DNA from: Ramazzottius varieornatus
Taxonomy: Eukaryota; Animalia; Tardigrada
Direction: 5' to 3'
NCBI GenBank assembly: GCA_001949185.1
Contig: BDGG01000006.1
Location: 2,400,827-2,464,826 of the forward strand
DNA length: 64,000 nt
Position 1 is the stretch's first letter; each line of letters begins with the position of its first letter. Below are positions 40,084 to 51,004 of the stretch, piece by piece. The notes beneath the pieces are model-generated. The model made no database searches, was not told the origin of the DNA, and was given only the letters and a program-made list of their open reading frames with translations. The translations under genes were made by a program, and so were the position numbers.

Positions 40084-42480
40084 AGTCAGAGCTGTGAAAC
40101 GGAAGTCAGAATTCGTAACCTGTAGGAAATGTACGCAGGAGGAGAGAAAAGCTCAAGCAGAAAAGCAGGGAACGATTGGTAAATACAAATAGAAATCGAA
40201 ATTTCGAGGCGGGCGTGCAAGAGGTCAACGGATTCCACTTGCAAGAAAAGCAGCTCGAGGGCTGCTTTTCCCATTAGCGAAATTCGGAAAGTTGCTTTCT
40301 ACATCAACGCAATCAACACAGTTCTGCAAGCAAGACTGAAGACCCCTGTTGATCAAAGCAAGAATGGAAGAGTGTAACGAGAAACAATGTTCAATAAGCT
40401 GACTTCCAGTAGGCTTGTAACAGTGGAGAGATTGCGCACCGTTACGATTCTTTCAGACCGCTACGTAACGTTAGCAAGACGAGTTGGGCTGTTCTGCTTT
40501 GATTGTCTGTTTTATTGATTCAGGTAGGTTTATCCGGATAAGCCTTGGATGGATAGAGATGTTATCCGGATCATACCCAGATGGATAAGAGTTTTATCCG
40601 ATCAGGAGCTGGATCGTTAAAACTCTGATCCAATCCAGGTTTTTTCCGGATGGATCCAGATAAATCCGTTGTGGATGGATAATTAACATCCCTACCTGCA
40701 GCAGTAGCTGAAACCTGTGCTGCTTCTGCACTGCATCCGGTTTCCAGAATCTGCAACTGCACTGCATCTGAATATTTTGGCTGTCCTCCAAACGGCAACT
40801 GTACTGCACTGCATTTAGAAATTCAAAATTCCTGCATGTCAGCGGAAATACATGTCAAGTAAATCGTGAACATGGGTGTTTTACGGAAATTTGAACGAAA
40901 AATGGTACAGTCCGACCAGAAAAATTTGATTTTGCTACTGTTTTTGGGGCAACAACAGTATATTGCGACGAATGGTGCTCCCTTTCTCAAAACTGCAACT
41001 GCACTGCAGTAAAATGCAGATCAATACAGAACGTACTGAATGTTGCAGGGCTCTAGATAGATTTATTTAGCCTCGACAACCTAGTCGACGGCTTCCTCGA
41101 TCGTCAGAGGATAACGAAACATAAAAATACAGTACTAACAGCGTTGGCAAGTGGAAGCGATCAAGACTAACTTCAGAGATCCACACACAGAAAGTACGAT
41201 CCGAGATCAGGCACCAGAAAAGAAGTGGAAAACTCGCACAGCCATAGCAGGGAGAACTAACTACCAAACAAAGAATGAGGGAGCGTTCTCTCCGCCTTCG
41301 TCCAGGTGCGCACTCGTCCATTTCCATGTCCGACTGACCCCTTCGTTCCCGGGTTGATGCTCGAGTTGGTCCATGTGTGTAATTGGGGTTTTGCTGTCCG
41401 TCGCGAGAGTCTTCTTCGCCGACTTGGGCTCGCCCTCCGATCCTGGAAGTACCGACGGGAGGTTGATCCGCCTCGCTCGGCGGGTCGAGGTTCTGGTGGC
41501 CTTTCGGGGGCCACCCTCCTCCACAGGTCCGGGGGCAGTTTCCCCGTTGTCCGTCACTATCACCTCCACTTCCCTGGTGGCCGCCACGTCCATTGCCACG
41601 TCCACTGCCCCGTCCAGCGCCATGGCCGCCCCCACGACCACCGCCGCGTCCGTCAGAGCGACCATAAGTACCGCAACGCCCACCGTAGCCCCGAACTCGG
41701 TTTCTGTTTGAGTTACGGTGGTGAGGCGGTTGATTACCGAGGCGACAGTGATCGAAGGGCTTGCGCGGTGGGCCGATCGACCCCAAGTTGATCTTCACAT
41801 CCGGTCGACCCGTACTGACGGGGCTGTTGGTAACCGCTGATGCATGGTAGGAGCTGGCTTGAGGGACGCAAAGGCTGGACGGCTGGATGGCCGGAGCGCC
41901 AGGGCTGATGGATGGAACAGCTGGTTGGGTCGCTGCAGTGGTCTACCTACGAGACGAACTTGTTCCTATGATGTCACGATGTTCCTGTGCGTAGTGAATT
42001 GTGCTAGTGCGCTTTCGGTCGCAATCTGTATACTGAAAATCCGTTTGCTCAATCGATAATCGATCAATCGAAAGCCAAGTCGACTGACTTTAGCTCCTCC
42101 CTCCGCATAAATGCCATGCAATCCTGCACGTCTGCAAACAAGCTGTGACCTCGACCTCATCAGCCACTCAGAGATTTCTCAGCGACGCAGCACTCTGAAT
42201 GTTTTAAATTCTTCTTCTTTTTGGATCTCTGCTGGTTTTCGATGCTGTTTGATCGGTGTACAACGAAGATAAGATCAAGAAAAAGCTCAAACATCAACTT
42301 GTTTAGCCACAAAAGCGAAGACAACTTCCGATCACAGAGGAAGATAAAAAAATTAAACTCGTCGGTTATCTCTCTTCTCAAGGAAAACCAACACACAGTC
42401 AGTCCGATCTTTGGCCGTAACTCGTAAGAGATCTGAAAAGTTGAATCAACGAACAAGCCCTGCAGACTAGCGTCAAAGAG

Positions 42481-45400
42481 TTAAACTTTAGCGCCACCAT
42501 CTTTTCCCACTGGCAAGATAGTTGGTAGAGGCTCGTCCGACATGAAAATCCTAGGTGCGACTCCCATGCTCATCAGCTCTTGGAAAAGGAGCTTACACGA
42601 GTACGGAAGGACGACTTGAGACACCTAAACATAAAGGAAAACAACCAGATTGACATTCCCGGAAAAAGATCCCTTCCGGTTGCCGTCAAGACTTTAACAC
42701 CTTTTTCGCTAACTTACGCCATGTTTTCTTCGGCAGCCTTTACACTCAAAGGTGTTCGTCTTGAGTTTGGCAATACATATCAGTCCGCATTTATTACAAA
42801 CATGGACTCTGGCGGCATCTGAGCAGTCCATGAAACGTTCTCGGAGGTTCAGCGAAGCGCCATGACTGATCAAGCAATCACGCTCCATTTCTCCTACTCG
42901 CAGTCCACCACCCCTAAAACCGAGCAACCACATCATCAACCTGCTACCAGATGATTCGAGCGCTGATTTAATGATTCATTTACATGGCGCGGCCTTCTTG
43001 TGGCTGGCGAGTCAAGACGTTCACGGCGCCGCGGTTCCTCGAGTATATCTTGTCGTCCACCAGATGCTTGAGTCGCTGGTAGTACGTCGGACCGATGAAG
43101 ATGGGCGAACTGAGCTTGACGCCAGTGTGGCCATTCAGCATGAGTTCGTTACCAAAGGCCTCAAAGTTCTTCTCGCGGAGTACCGCAGCGATTTTACCAA
43201 CTTTATCTGGGACGTGGGCCACGCTTGGGTCGATTGGCTGGTTCGTGAGATCGACCGTGGAGAAAGGCGTGCCGTACCCATCATCATCACCGGTCAGGGC
43301 AGCTGCCTACGACGAGCAAACCAAATTTTTCGTCTGAAAATGTTCAGAAAATTTCGACCGAATAATTATTTGCTGTTCGACTTTCCAAGACATTTAGAAT
43401 CCAATTATGGTTTTTTCCCCAAAACAGTAAAGAGTACGACCGGAAAACAATGAAATGGGAGTTGGGCAAGCTCGACAAAGATGGTTTACCCAAATGGCGC
43501 ACGTCCCTCTTGCTATTGACTGGAAACGTGCGGCACTTGAAGAACGACCCTGTCGAGCTTTTCGCTGGTCCCAAATATAAACGAAGTTCCGGAAGATTAT
43601 CCTTACCTTGCCAGAGATACACTCCATTAAGTGACCAATGGTCATGCGAGAGGGGATGGCGTGAGGGTTGATGATTATATCGGGGATGATTCCATTGGCA
43701 GTGAAGGGCATATCCTGAAATGAAGACTTGTTTGAACAAATAAGGCAAAAGAAAACACTGTTGTGTAAAAAAATACTATTGTAATTCATACGCGGAAAAT
43801 AGAGGATGCTTCACCTCGGCTGGGTAGATGATGCCGACTGTTCCTTTCTGGCCGTGCCGACTAGCAAACTTATCGCCCATCACGGGGACCCTCACCGACC
43901 GGACGCGGACCTTGCAGAACCGTTCCTGGTCAGGCGAGTCGGTGATCATCACTCGGTCGATGTGGCCCGTTTCCGCCGAGCGCATCTTTACGCTCAAGTC
44001 TACTTTCTTTTCTCTTCGATCACCTTGCACCTGCATCGTAAGTAACACCATCAAGGTACATCGAAGACAAAGTCAACCTGAAGATTTGCTTCCGAGGGAG
44101 AAAAACGAATATCTTACAAAATTGTCAGCCACCGTAACGACAGCCGTTTTTCCGATCAGGATATCGTCGCCAGAGACACGCGACCCTAGTTCGACGATGC
44201 CATCGTCGTCCAGCTTCGCATAGGCGGTATCTTCACACGAAACCCTGTCTTCTATTGTGAGCTTCTTGAAGTCCAGCTTCCCGATTTCTTCCTGTTTTCT
44301 GAACCGGCTATCCTGTGCCTCTATCGCCGAATACGTCCGGTAGCGAGTATGGCGGAACAACCCTGCAATCGAAATCACCGATCGGAACCCATCCCATAAA
44401 CTACCATCCACCCACCGGGCCGGAAAGCCGGCCGGACGTCATTCCCCTAATGGGGATACTTGTTTCCAAATTTCTTTCGAACACTCTTCAATTTTTGTGC
44501 TCTGTTCAACGTAAATAAACCCGACGAAAAAGTTCGAAGAAAATACATTCCCAGGTGGCTCAGGTTTTCCGTGTTACTGGCTGCAAGCGTGTGCCGCTTA
44601 AGCAAACACATCCAACAAGATTGCTCACGCCAGTGGCGCACTTTCTCAGTGTTATTGGCCGAATGTGTGCGCGTTGGAAAAACGATCTTGCCAAGTTTGT
44701 TCGGCTAAGTTACGTCTCAATTTTTGCATTCAGAAAACCTCAGAAAACATAGAATCTCGATACCTCGCTGAACAGCCGCTTGGTTGAGAATGACCGAGTC
44801 TTCTTGGTTGTACCCGGTGTAGCTCGCGATGGCGACAATGCAGTTGATACCCGCCGGCAGCTCGTCGAACTTCAACACACCGTGCATCATGGCGTTGGTC
44901 GTCACCAGAGGCCTACAACGAAGGAAAAGCGATCCAGGTTAGCCAAGAACTTCTCATACGAGCGAGCTGGAGCAACTTACTTTTGGGGGTAGTAGAGGAC
45001 GTGGCAGTCGCTGTCCATCCTCTCGTTAAAGTTGGTGGAGTAGACGCCCAGCGACTGTTTGCCCATACCGGCTTGGTAGGTGTTTCGGGGCGACTGGTTG
45101 TGGTTAGAGAAGGGAATGATGGAAGCTGCGACGCCGAGGATCATGGAAGGGTGGATCTCGCAGTGGGTATACTTGACCGTAGCGTTGACATCGCCGATCT
45201 TTCTTCGACGGTTGTTGGGGAGGAGGTCGCGCGGATGCATGGCGATCATAGCAGTTTCTTCTTCGGAGACGTCGAGGTATTCGATCATACCGGTCGTCAG
45301 CAACTCTTTCCACCTACAAAAAGTGAATCCGTTAATTTAGTTCCAATAAACAAGGTAAACCGGAGGCAGGCGAAAAATTTCGGGACGATCCTTATCTCAT

Positions 45401-48400
45401 CAGATGCCGCACGTTTCTAGCCAATAACATGGAAACCCGCGCCACTTGAGACTACAACCATCCCAAGATTGTTTCTCGTCCTCCGATATTCACTCAGAAA
45501 AAAACTCTGAAAAATTAGATTTAATTATGTTCAGGCTGACAAGTCATCGTTTCTCGCTACCCGTAATTTGGAGAGGCTTCTTCGAGAATTCCCATCTGGA
45601 AAAATGGAAGACCAAGGATGATTTTGACGGCAAGCTCAGCGTTGCCTCAGAAGTTCGTCCGCAAAGATCAGATGTTATGGTGTGACAGTTCGACTTACCT
45701 CCAGTCGTTTGATACTGAGCGCCTGCCTTTCTTCGTCGACTATCAGCAACGGTCGGCAAACCCGGCCAGCATCCGTGAAGATACGTACTTCTCTAGACCA
45801 CAAGTTTCGCGAGACCGAAATCTGTAACAGACAAAATCATCCAAGCAAATCGCTTTCCACATTCCTATCCACACTCACCTCGTATTCCGAAATGTTTCTT
45901 CCGCTAGTTCGTCTTCTCAACTGCAGGAGCCTGACCAAATTTGTCGGTTTAGTCGTCATTCCCACCCACGAACCATTAACTATCACCTTCGTCAACCTAT
46001 CAACAGCTAATCAGCTTACATCAAGCACAGAAGTAAAAATGATGAACACAAAGAAAACATCTTTTAGCTCGACAAACAAACTCGACAAGATTGTGTTCTC
46101 AAGTAGCGCACGGTTCCGAAACTATTAGCTGGAAACGTGCGCCAATTGCAAGAAGAAGGTCGTCAAATCTGTTTGCTTAGGTCCCAAATTACAACTAAAA
46201 AGTAAAAGAAGAAACAAAAACCAAAATTAACATTGGTGATTTTGAAACTCACGTCAAAAGATATTCGGGATCAAAATCCGCCATGGGAGAGAAGTAGTCT
46301 TCGATGCTGTCCAGGAACTCTTGCAGCGGCGTACTACCCACAGTTACGTAGGCCATCAGCGCCAGGTTCTTCACCAAGCCACAGGACATGCCTTCCGGAG
46401 TCTCGGAAGGACACACAATGCCCCACTGTGTGTTGTGGAGCATTCGTGGAGGTGCCAGCCGTGTATCCGGGTTGACGGGTGTGTGCAGCCGTCGTAAGTG
46501 AGAGAGAGTCGACAGGTACGTCAACCTGCTCAAGTTCTGCGTGATGCCTGAAAGATACCAAAGCGGTAGAATATCAAAAGAAAGGTGTCAAAAGAAATTC
46601 GGTGATACTGTTTCATAGTTCGTGCCTGTCAGGGATTCGCCACTGTAACCCCGGTCGTTCCAGTTGCCCGTACTGAGAGCATACATCAGTCCGTCCGTGA
46701 TGGTTCGACTTCGGATAGTCACTCCCAAATCGAATTTGGTATTACGACGGTTGATGTGTCTCTGCACAGTCATCTTCATCTCACGAACCTGGAAAGTACA
46801 GAGAAGCATCAAATAAAAATTAAGCAGAGCAATGATTGGCAAAAAGGTTATCGAGTTTTATTATAGAGCTCGACAGTTCCTTTTCTCCAAGTGGCGCGCA
46901 AATTCGGCCAACAACACTGCGAATGTGCACCACTTTGGAAAGCAACTTCGCAAGATCGTTTTCCAAAGTGGCGCCCGTCTTACAGTCAATAACACTTGAG
47001 ACGCGCGTCACTTGAAGAAACGACCCTGTCAAGTTTGTTTGTCTAACCCAACTTTCGTTCAATTATTCGCATTTCCTTCTCCCATTTGGCTTACCATTCT
47101 GGTGAAAAGTCTTCGGAAGACCGTACGAAGCAGCGGTCCAGCCAAATCGACTCTCTTGTTCCCGTAGTGGTCCCTGTCATCGACGGCTCTCCATCCCAGG
47201 ACCGTCGCCAGCAGCTGATGGACCATGTAGCCCAACAGCCACCGCTTCTTGTCAGCTGAGTTGTCGTCCAGTCCAACGTGAGGGAAGACGTCTCGGCGAA
47301 TGATTTCCCTCGCGAATCTGATCCTCTCTTTCCTTGCAGCACCCGGCGCTGCTGCTCGGTTACCGATGAAGTTCAGTGCCAGCTCTTGCGTCCTGAAGAG
47401 CTCGCCGTCGACCAGCGAAGGCTGAAACAGGGTCCGCTCTTCTTGGTCATGAGGATTGCGGGTACTCGGAACGATGCGGTCGAGGATACTTCCGTCCTCC
47501 TCCAGACCCAGCGCGCGAAAGACGATCGCGACGGGGATGGGATGGCGAACGTTGGGAAGAATGGCCACGACAGACCTACCCAAGTTCACTTCCCAGCCGG
47601 TCATCTACCAACGAAAACCCGTCAAATCACCCAGAGTATTACCCCATGACAGGTAAACGCGAAAAAAAAACTGGCTAAGACCGACGCACAAAATCAGGAA
47701 ACAAAATCCAACCAGCCGCATACAAAGAATGCCCAAATTCGCTGATGTAATAGAATGCACATACATAACACAGAGACGCTCACCGATCCAATCACACAGG
47801 TCGAACAGAAATGAGTCAAGAATTCTTACATCGATGTTTTTCTTTGGACGATGGATGTGTAGTGATAGTTTGCAAGGTGGCCGGGATGAGTTGGTGACCA
47901 CCGAGGAGAACTCGGCGCTGTATTCATATTTCTTGATGGTTGAATGGTGGACGTAGATCTGGTTAGGTGCCATTCTTTCTTGGGCGATGACTACCTGCAT
48001 GCAAACCGATTGTTAGAGCTGCATAAGTCCAACAGGGAGTGAAAAGGTACCTTTTCACAGCCGTTGATGATGAAGTAGCCGCCAGGATCCAGCGGACATT
48101 CCTTGAGCTCAGCTAGTCCCTGTCGGCCTTTGACAGCTCGGCTATTCAGCAAGCAAAACTTGGACCTGACCATCACCGGCACTTTACCCAAGTACACTTT
48201 CCCGTAGTGTCTTCTCTCTATCTTGTTGTTCCTGTCAATCGTCTGGCTGATGTCAACGTAGATCGCCGAAGAGTAAGTCAGGTTGCGCAGTCGAGAGTCT
48301 TGTGGAGGGGAAACCACCGTTTCGGTCCCAGCTTCAAAGACAATATAATTCAGATTTTTCCCCCTCATTTTACAGTCCTCATCACTCCTTATGAACTGAA

Positions 48401-49650
48401 GTAAACTAGTTCAAAATATCGCTTGACCAACACAAATCCAATTCATAAAAGAATTACAGTAATAAAGTAGGAAAAGTGGAAAAAATCCTGGACTTTCTGG
48501 TTCTCCTACCTTCCCAATTTTGAGGCTTGGACAGGTACACTTGCCCGAACTTCCATGTGACAGTTATCTGAAATAATTCGAACCATATCTTTACACGACA
48601 GCCGAATTACGGCAGGACAAGTTACGAGCGGAATTGTGGTAACAGTACAGTAGTATGTAAAAGGCGTTACCGTCTTACCGGTTGCTCGTCGTGTTTGAGC
48701 TTCTTGTAGTCCAGCTCCTGGACTACCGTCACCGCTGGAAATTCGTCGTCGACAATCCTCTGGATATCATGCTCTAGAAAAGTATCGAAGGAATCGAGCT
48801 GCTGCCTGACCAGGCCGCGCTCGGCGAAGTGGCTGCCGACGATGTGCCATGCTATCCTGTCGTATTCTTCCGGTGAGATGTCGCTCTGTACGTAGCGCTG
48901 ACGCCGGGTTTCTTCGTCAAGCTCTTCTTCTTCTGGATCAGCTACAGTTCCAGATTCTCCTCTGGCATCTAAAATGAAAACCGCAAACTTAGCCTGCGAA
49001 TGAGAAGCTGAAACTCTGCGCGAAAGCTCAAAACAAACCGAAGTCACTCAAGTCCAGTAAACCACTTCCAGCCAAATGGACCGAGGAGCATCCCATGGCC
49101 CACCACAAAACGCAAACAACGCGCAAGCAGGCCGTAAGTTTGACCCATGTGGTCCAGTCAGACCACGACGAGCAATCAATGAAAATTCCGCAAATTTTCT
49201 CTTCAGGTTACTTCGGACAATGGACAAGGTAGGAAGCTTAAGAAAACATACCCGCTGGAGCAAGAGGCTTTCCGTAACGATACAGGTTCTCCAAGTCCGG
49301 AGGGAGCTGAAGATCGGCAGGCAGAGGAGGGACAGGATGGTTGAGCGGCGGCAGACGAGTGTTCGGCACTGCTCCTTCGTCAGGTGACGAGTCTGGCGGT
49401 GAAGGCTCCGTAAGGCTGATTTCCTGATCCTCCATGGAATTATTTGCCCGAACACTTGCCCCATGATTCCGATCTACCAAGAAAGAAATCAACAAAGAAG
49501 TACGAAGCAAGCCGCAGCAAATCCCAACCATCAATGAATTTAAATTCCAGACTTACATTCCGCTTCGTCTTGGCCGCACAAAAAAGCAGCATCTTCCACC
49601 AACTCTTCGTCGTCGCTTTGAGCAGAGGTAACCCGGTCCATTGTCTGTAA
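42481..49650 (-). CDS. DNA-directed RNA polymerase II second-largest subunit (RPB2)-type gene, strongly diverged, many exons; start codon uncertain (49435-49790)
   Basis: [155 protein letters not shown]-terminal Zn cysteines, [10 protein letters not shown]. Stop at 42481-42483. The signature motifs are Pol II type rather than RPC2/RPA2. Confidence 0.93.
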
Positions 49651-49956
49651 CATGGACAGAATTTTCGTCATTGAGATAAGCAGAGATCACAAATTCGGGC
49701 CAAATCCATCCAGAAATCAAGGAACCAGTCGTTCGCTCTCGTCAACCACGACAACTCATAACCATCCCCAGGCTCTTCCAGACTCTCATGGATACGCACA
49801 TGATGTCAGTCAAACAGAACGGCAGGTGAGACGGAGACACCATGGACATGTAAATTCATCACGCATTGTTTGTCAGAAGGGAAATTTTGGCTGCGAGAGT
49901 TGTGCCGGTGCGTTTTGAACAATGCGCATTGTGAAAACAAAAACAGGTGATGCGCC

Positions 49957-50576
49957 TAGCGCTGGCAAAAATACGACAAAATTCGATACGATATTTTTCG
50001 ATACAATATCGGCGGATATTTTATTGCGGTCATCGATGTTCATTCGATATCGATACTTCGATACGAAATTTTCTGATACCGTATTTTCGTTATATCGTAT
50101 CATAGCGCAGCGATATATTGATATTTCAGGAATTTTAGTTGTTTGGAATTCCACTGGTTCAAGCCCAAAAACTCAAGAAGCCGGTTTCCACATAAAGTAT
50201 TAGTAAGATCGAAAGCGTCGGATGCAGCAAAGACATGACTATACCAATACTTCAAACACATGGAAACCTGGACAGAATTAGTATCAGAACCGAATGGGCG
50301 GAGTGTGCTCGGTACACCATGGCCAAAATCAAGTCCTTGAAATCAACCATGGTCTTCCGTAAACGAGATATCACTGGCGAGTTTGCCATTCAGCAAAATA
50401 CCGATATGTCGATAATATATCGATATGGCGCGATACGATATCGCCGAATATTTTATTGCTTTATTCGATATGAGCTTCATATCGATATTTTCGATACGAT
50501 ATCTGCCGCATATCTTATCACAAAGATTCGATATATTTCGATACGATATCGGTGTGCCGTATCGTTGCCAGCACTA
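49957..50576. mobile_element. hAT MITE family A, copy 2 (uninterrupted, inverted relative to copy 1)
   Basis: TIRs TAGCGCTGGCAA/TTGCCAGCACTA; near-identical reverse complement of 34270-34409 plus 34962-35441; flanks GATGCGCC/GGTGCGTC (6/8 match, eroded TSD). Confidence 0.9.
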
Positions 50577-51004
50577 GGTGCGTCCCACATTGAAACGCGC
50601 TTGTCCCGGAACGAGGTGCACAGTTCTTATGCACAGTGCCCGGACTCGTGCCCTGCGCAAGCGTCCCGGTCTGCAATCTGCATTACTTCGTTCGGTTGAT
50701 TGGGATAGCTAGTTAATTGAAACGGTTCACCCTTAGTAAATCATGGTCCATCCGTTCGGGAACTTCAGAAGTCAGAAGTCGGAACTCAGTAGTCAGTAGA
50801 CTTTCAACGAGGGTTGCATTCGCCATGTTAGGAGTATTAATCTAATCCCCTCTGTTTTCACATCTCGGTGGCTGGATTGAGTGTACTGAGAACTCAGGCT
50901 CGAAGCAATTCATAGAACATCGCTTTGGCTGGGCTTGGGAGATCGGAGACTGCCTTCGAGGACCGAAACTTGCTTTGCGGTTGATCTAGTGCTGGCTCTG
51001 TCGG

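Larger units (their letters stand above)
35495..40694 (-). mobile_element. Ac-like hAT element D inserted at the left end of MITE C; defective transposase, contains a Harbinger remnant
   Basis: TIRs TAGGATTGTTGA/TTAACATCCCTA; TSD CCTGCAGC (35487-35494, 40695-40702); GGATA/ATCCGG subterminal repeats at both ends. Confidence 0.9.
35481..41945. mobile_element. hAT MITE C (CTGCA-rich) plus ~890 bp of passenger DNA, closed by a cryptic end
   Basis: Left TIR TAGAGCCCTGCA. The canonical right TIR ends at 41055 with no TSD. The variant end GCTGCAGTGGTCTA ends at 41945 and is followed by CCTACGAG, identical to 35473-35480. Confidence 0.8.
34185..42030. mobile_element. Old fold-back MITE whose short internal loop hosts the whole nested TE stack
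   Basis: Arm 34185-34250 (tatagagatcgcgag..gcactagcacaattcgatacgcataagaatatcgtgacatcata) is an imperfect reverse complement of 41967-42030 (tatgatgtcacgatgttcctgtgcgtagtgaattgtgctagtgcg..caatctgtata). Confidence 0.75.

Noticed and set aside
30330-47045. CRISPR-like array or Introner elements
   Set aside because: The repeats are dispersed, degenerate and irregularly spaced. They lie within introns rather than defining intron ends.
42481-49650. RPC2/RPA2 or giant-virus polymerase gene
   Set aside because: Diagnostic motifs ([32 protein letters not shown]) are Pol II type. Many spliceosomal introns are present and there are no viral neighbours.
34270-50576. A single 16-kb transposon with 600-bp TIRs carrying RPB2
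   Set aside because: Each arm is a self-contained MITE with its own TIR pair and own TSD. The outer flanks (GTGGCGCG versus GGTGCGTC) do not form a shared TSD.
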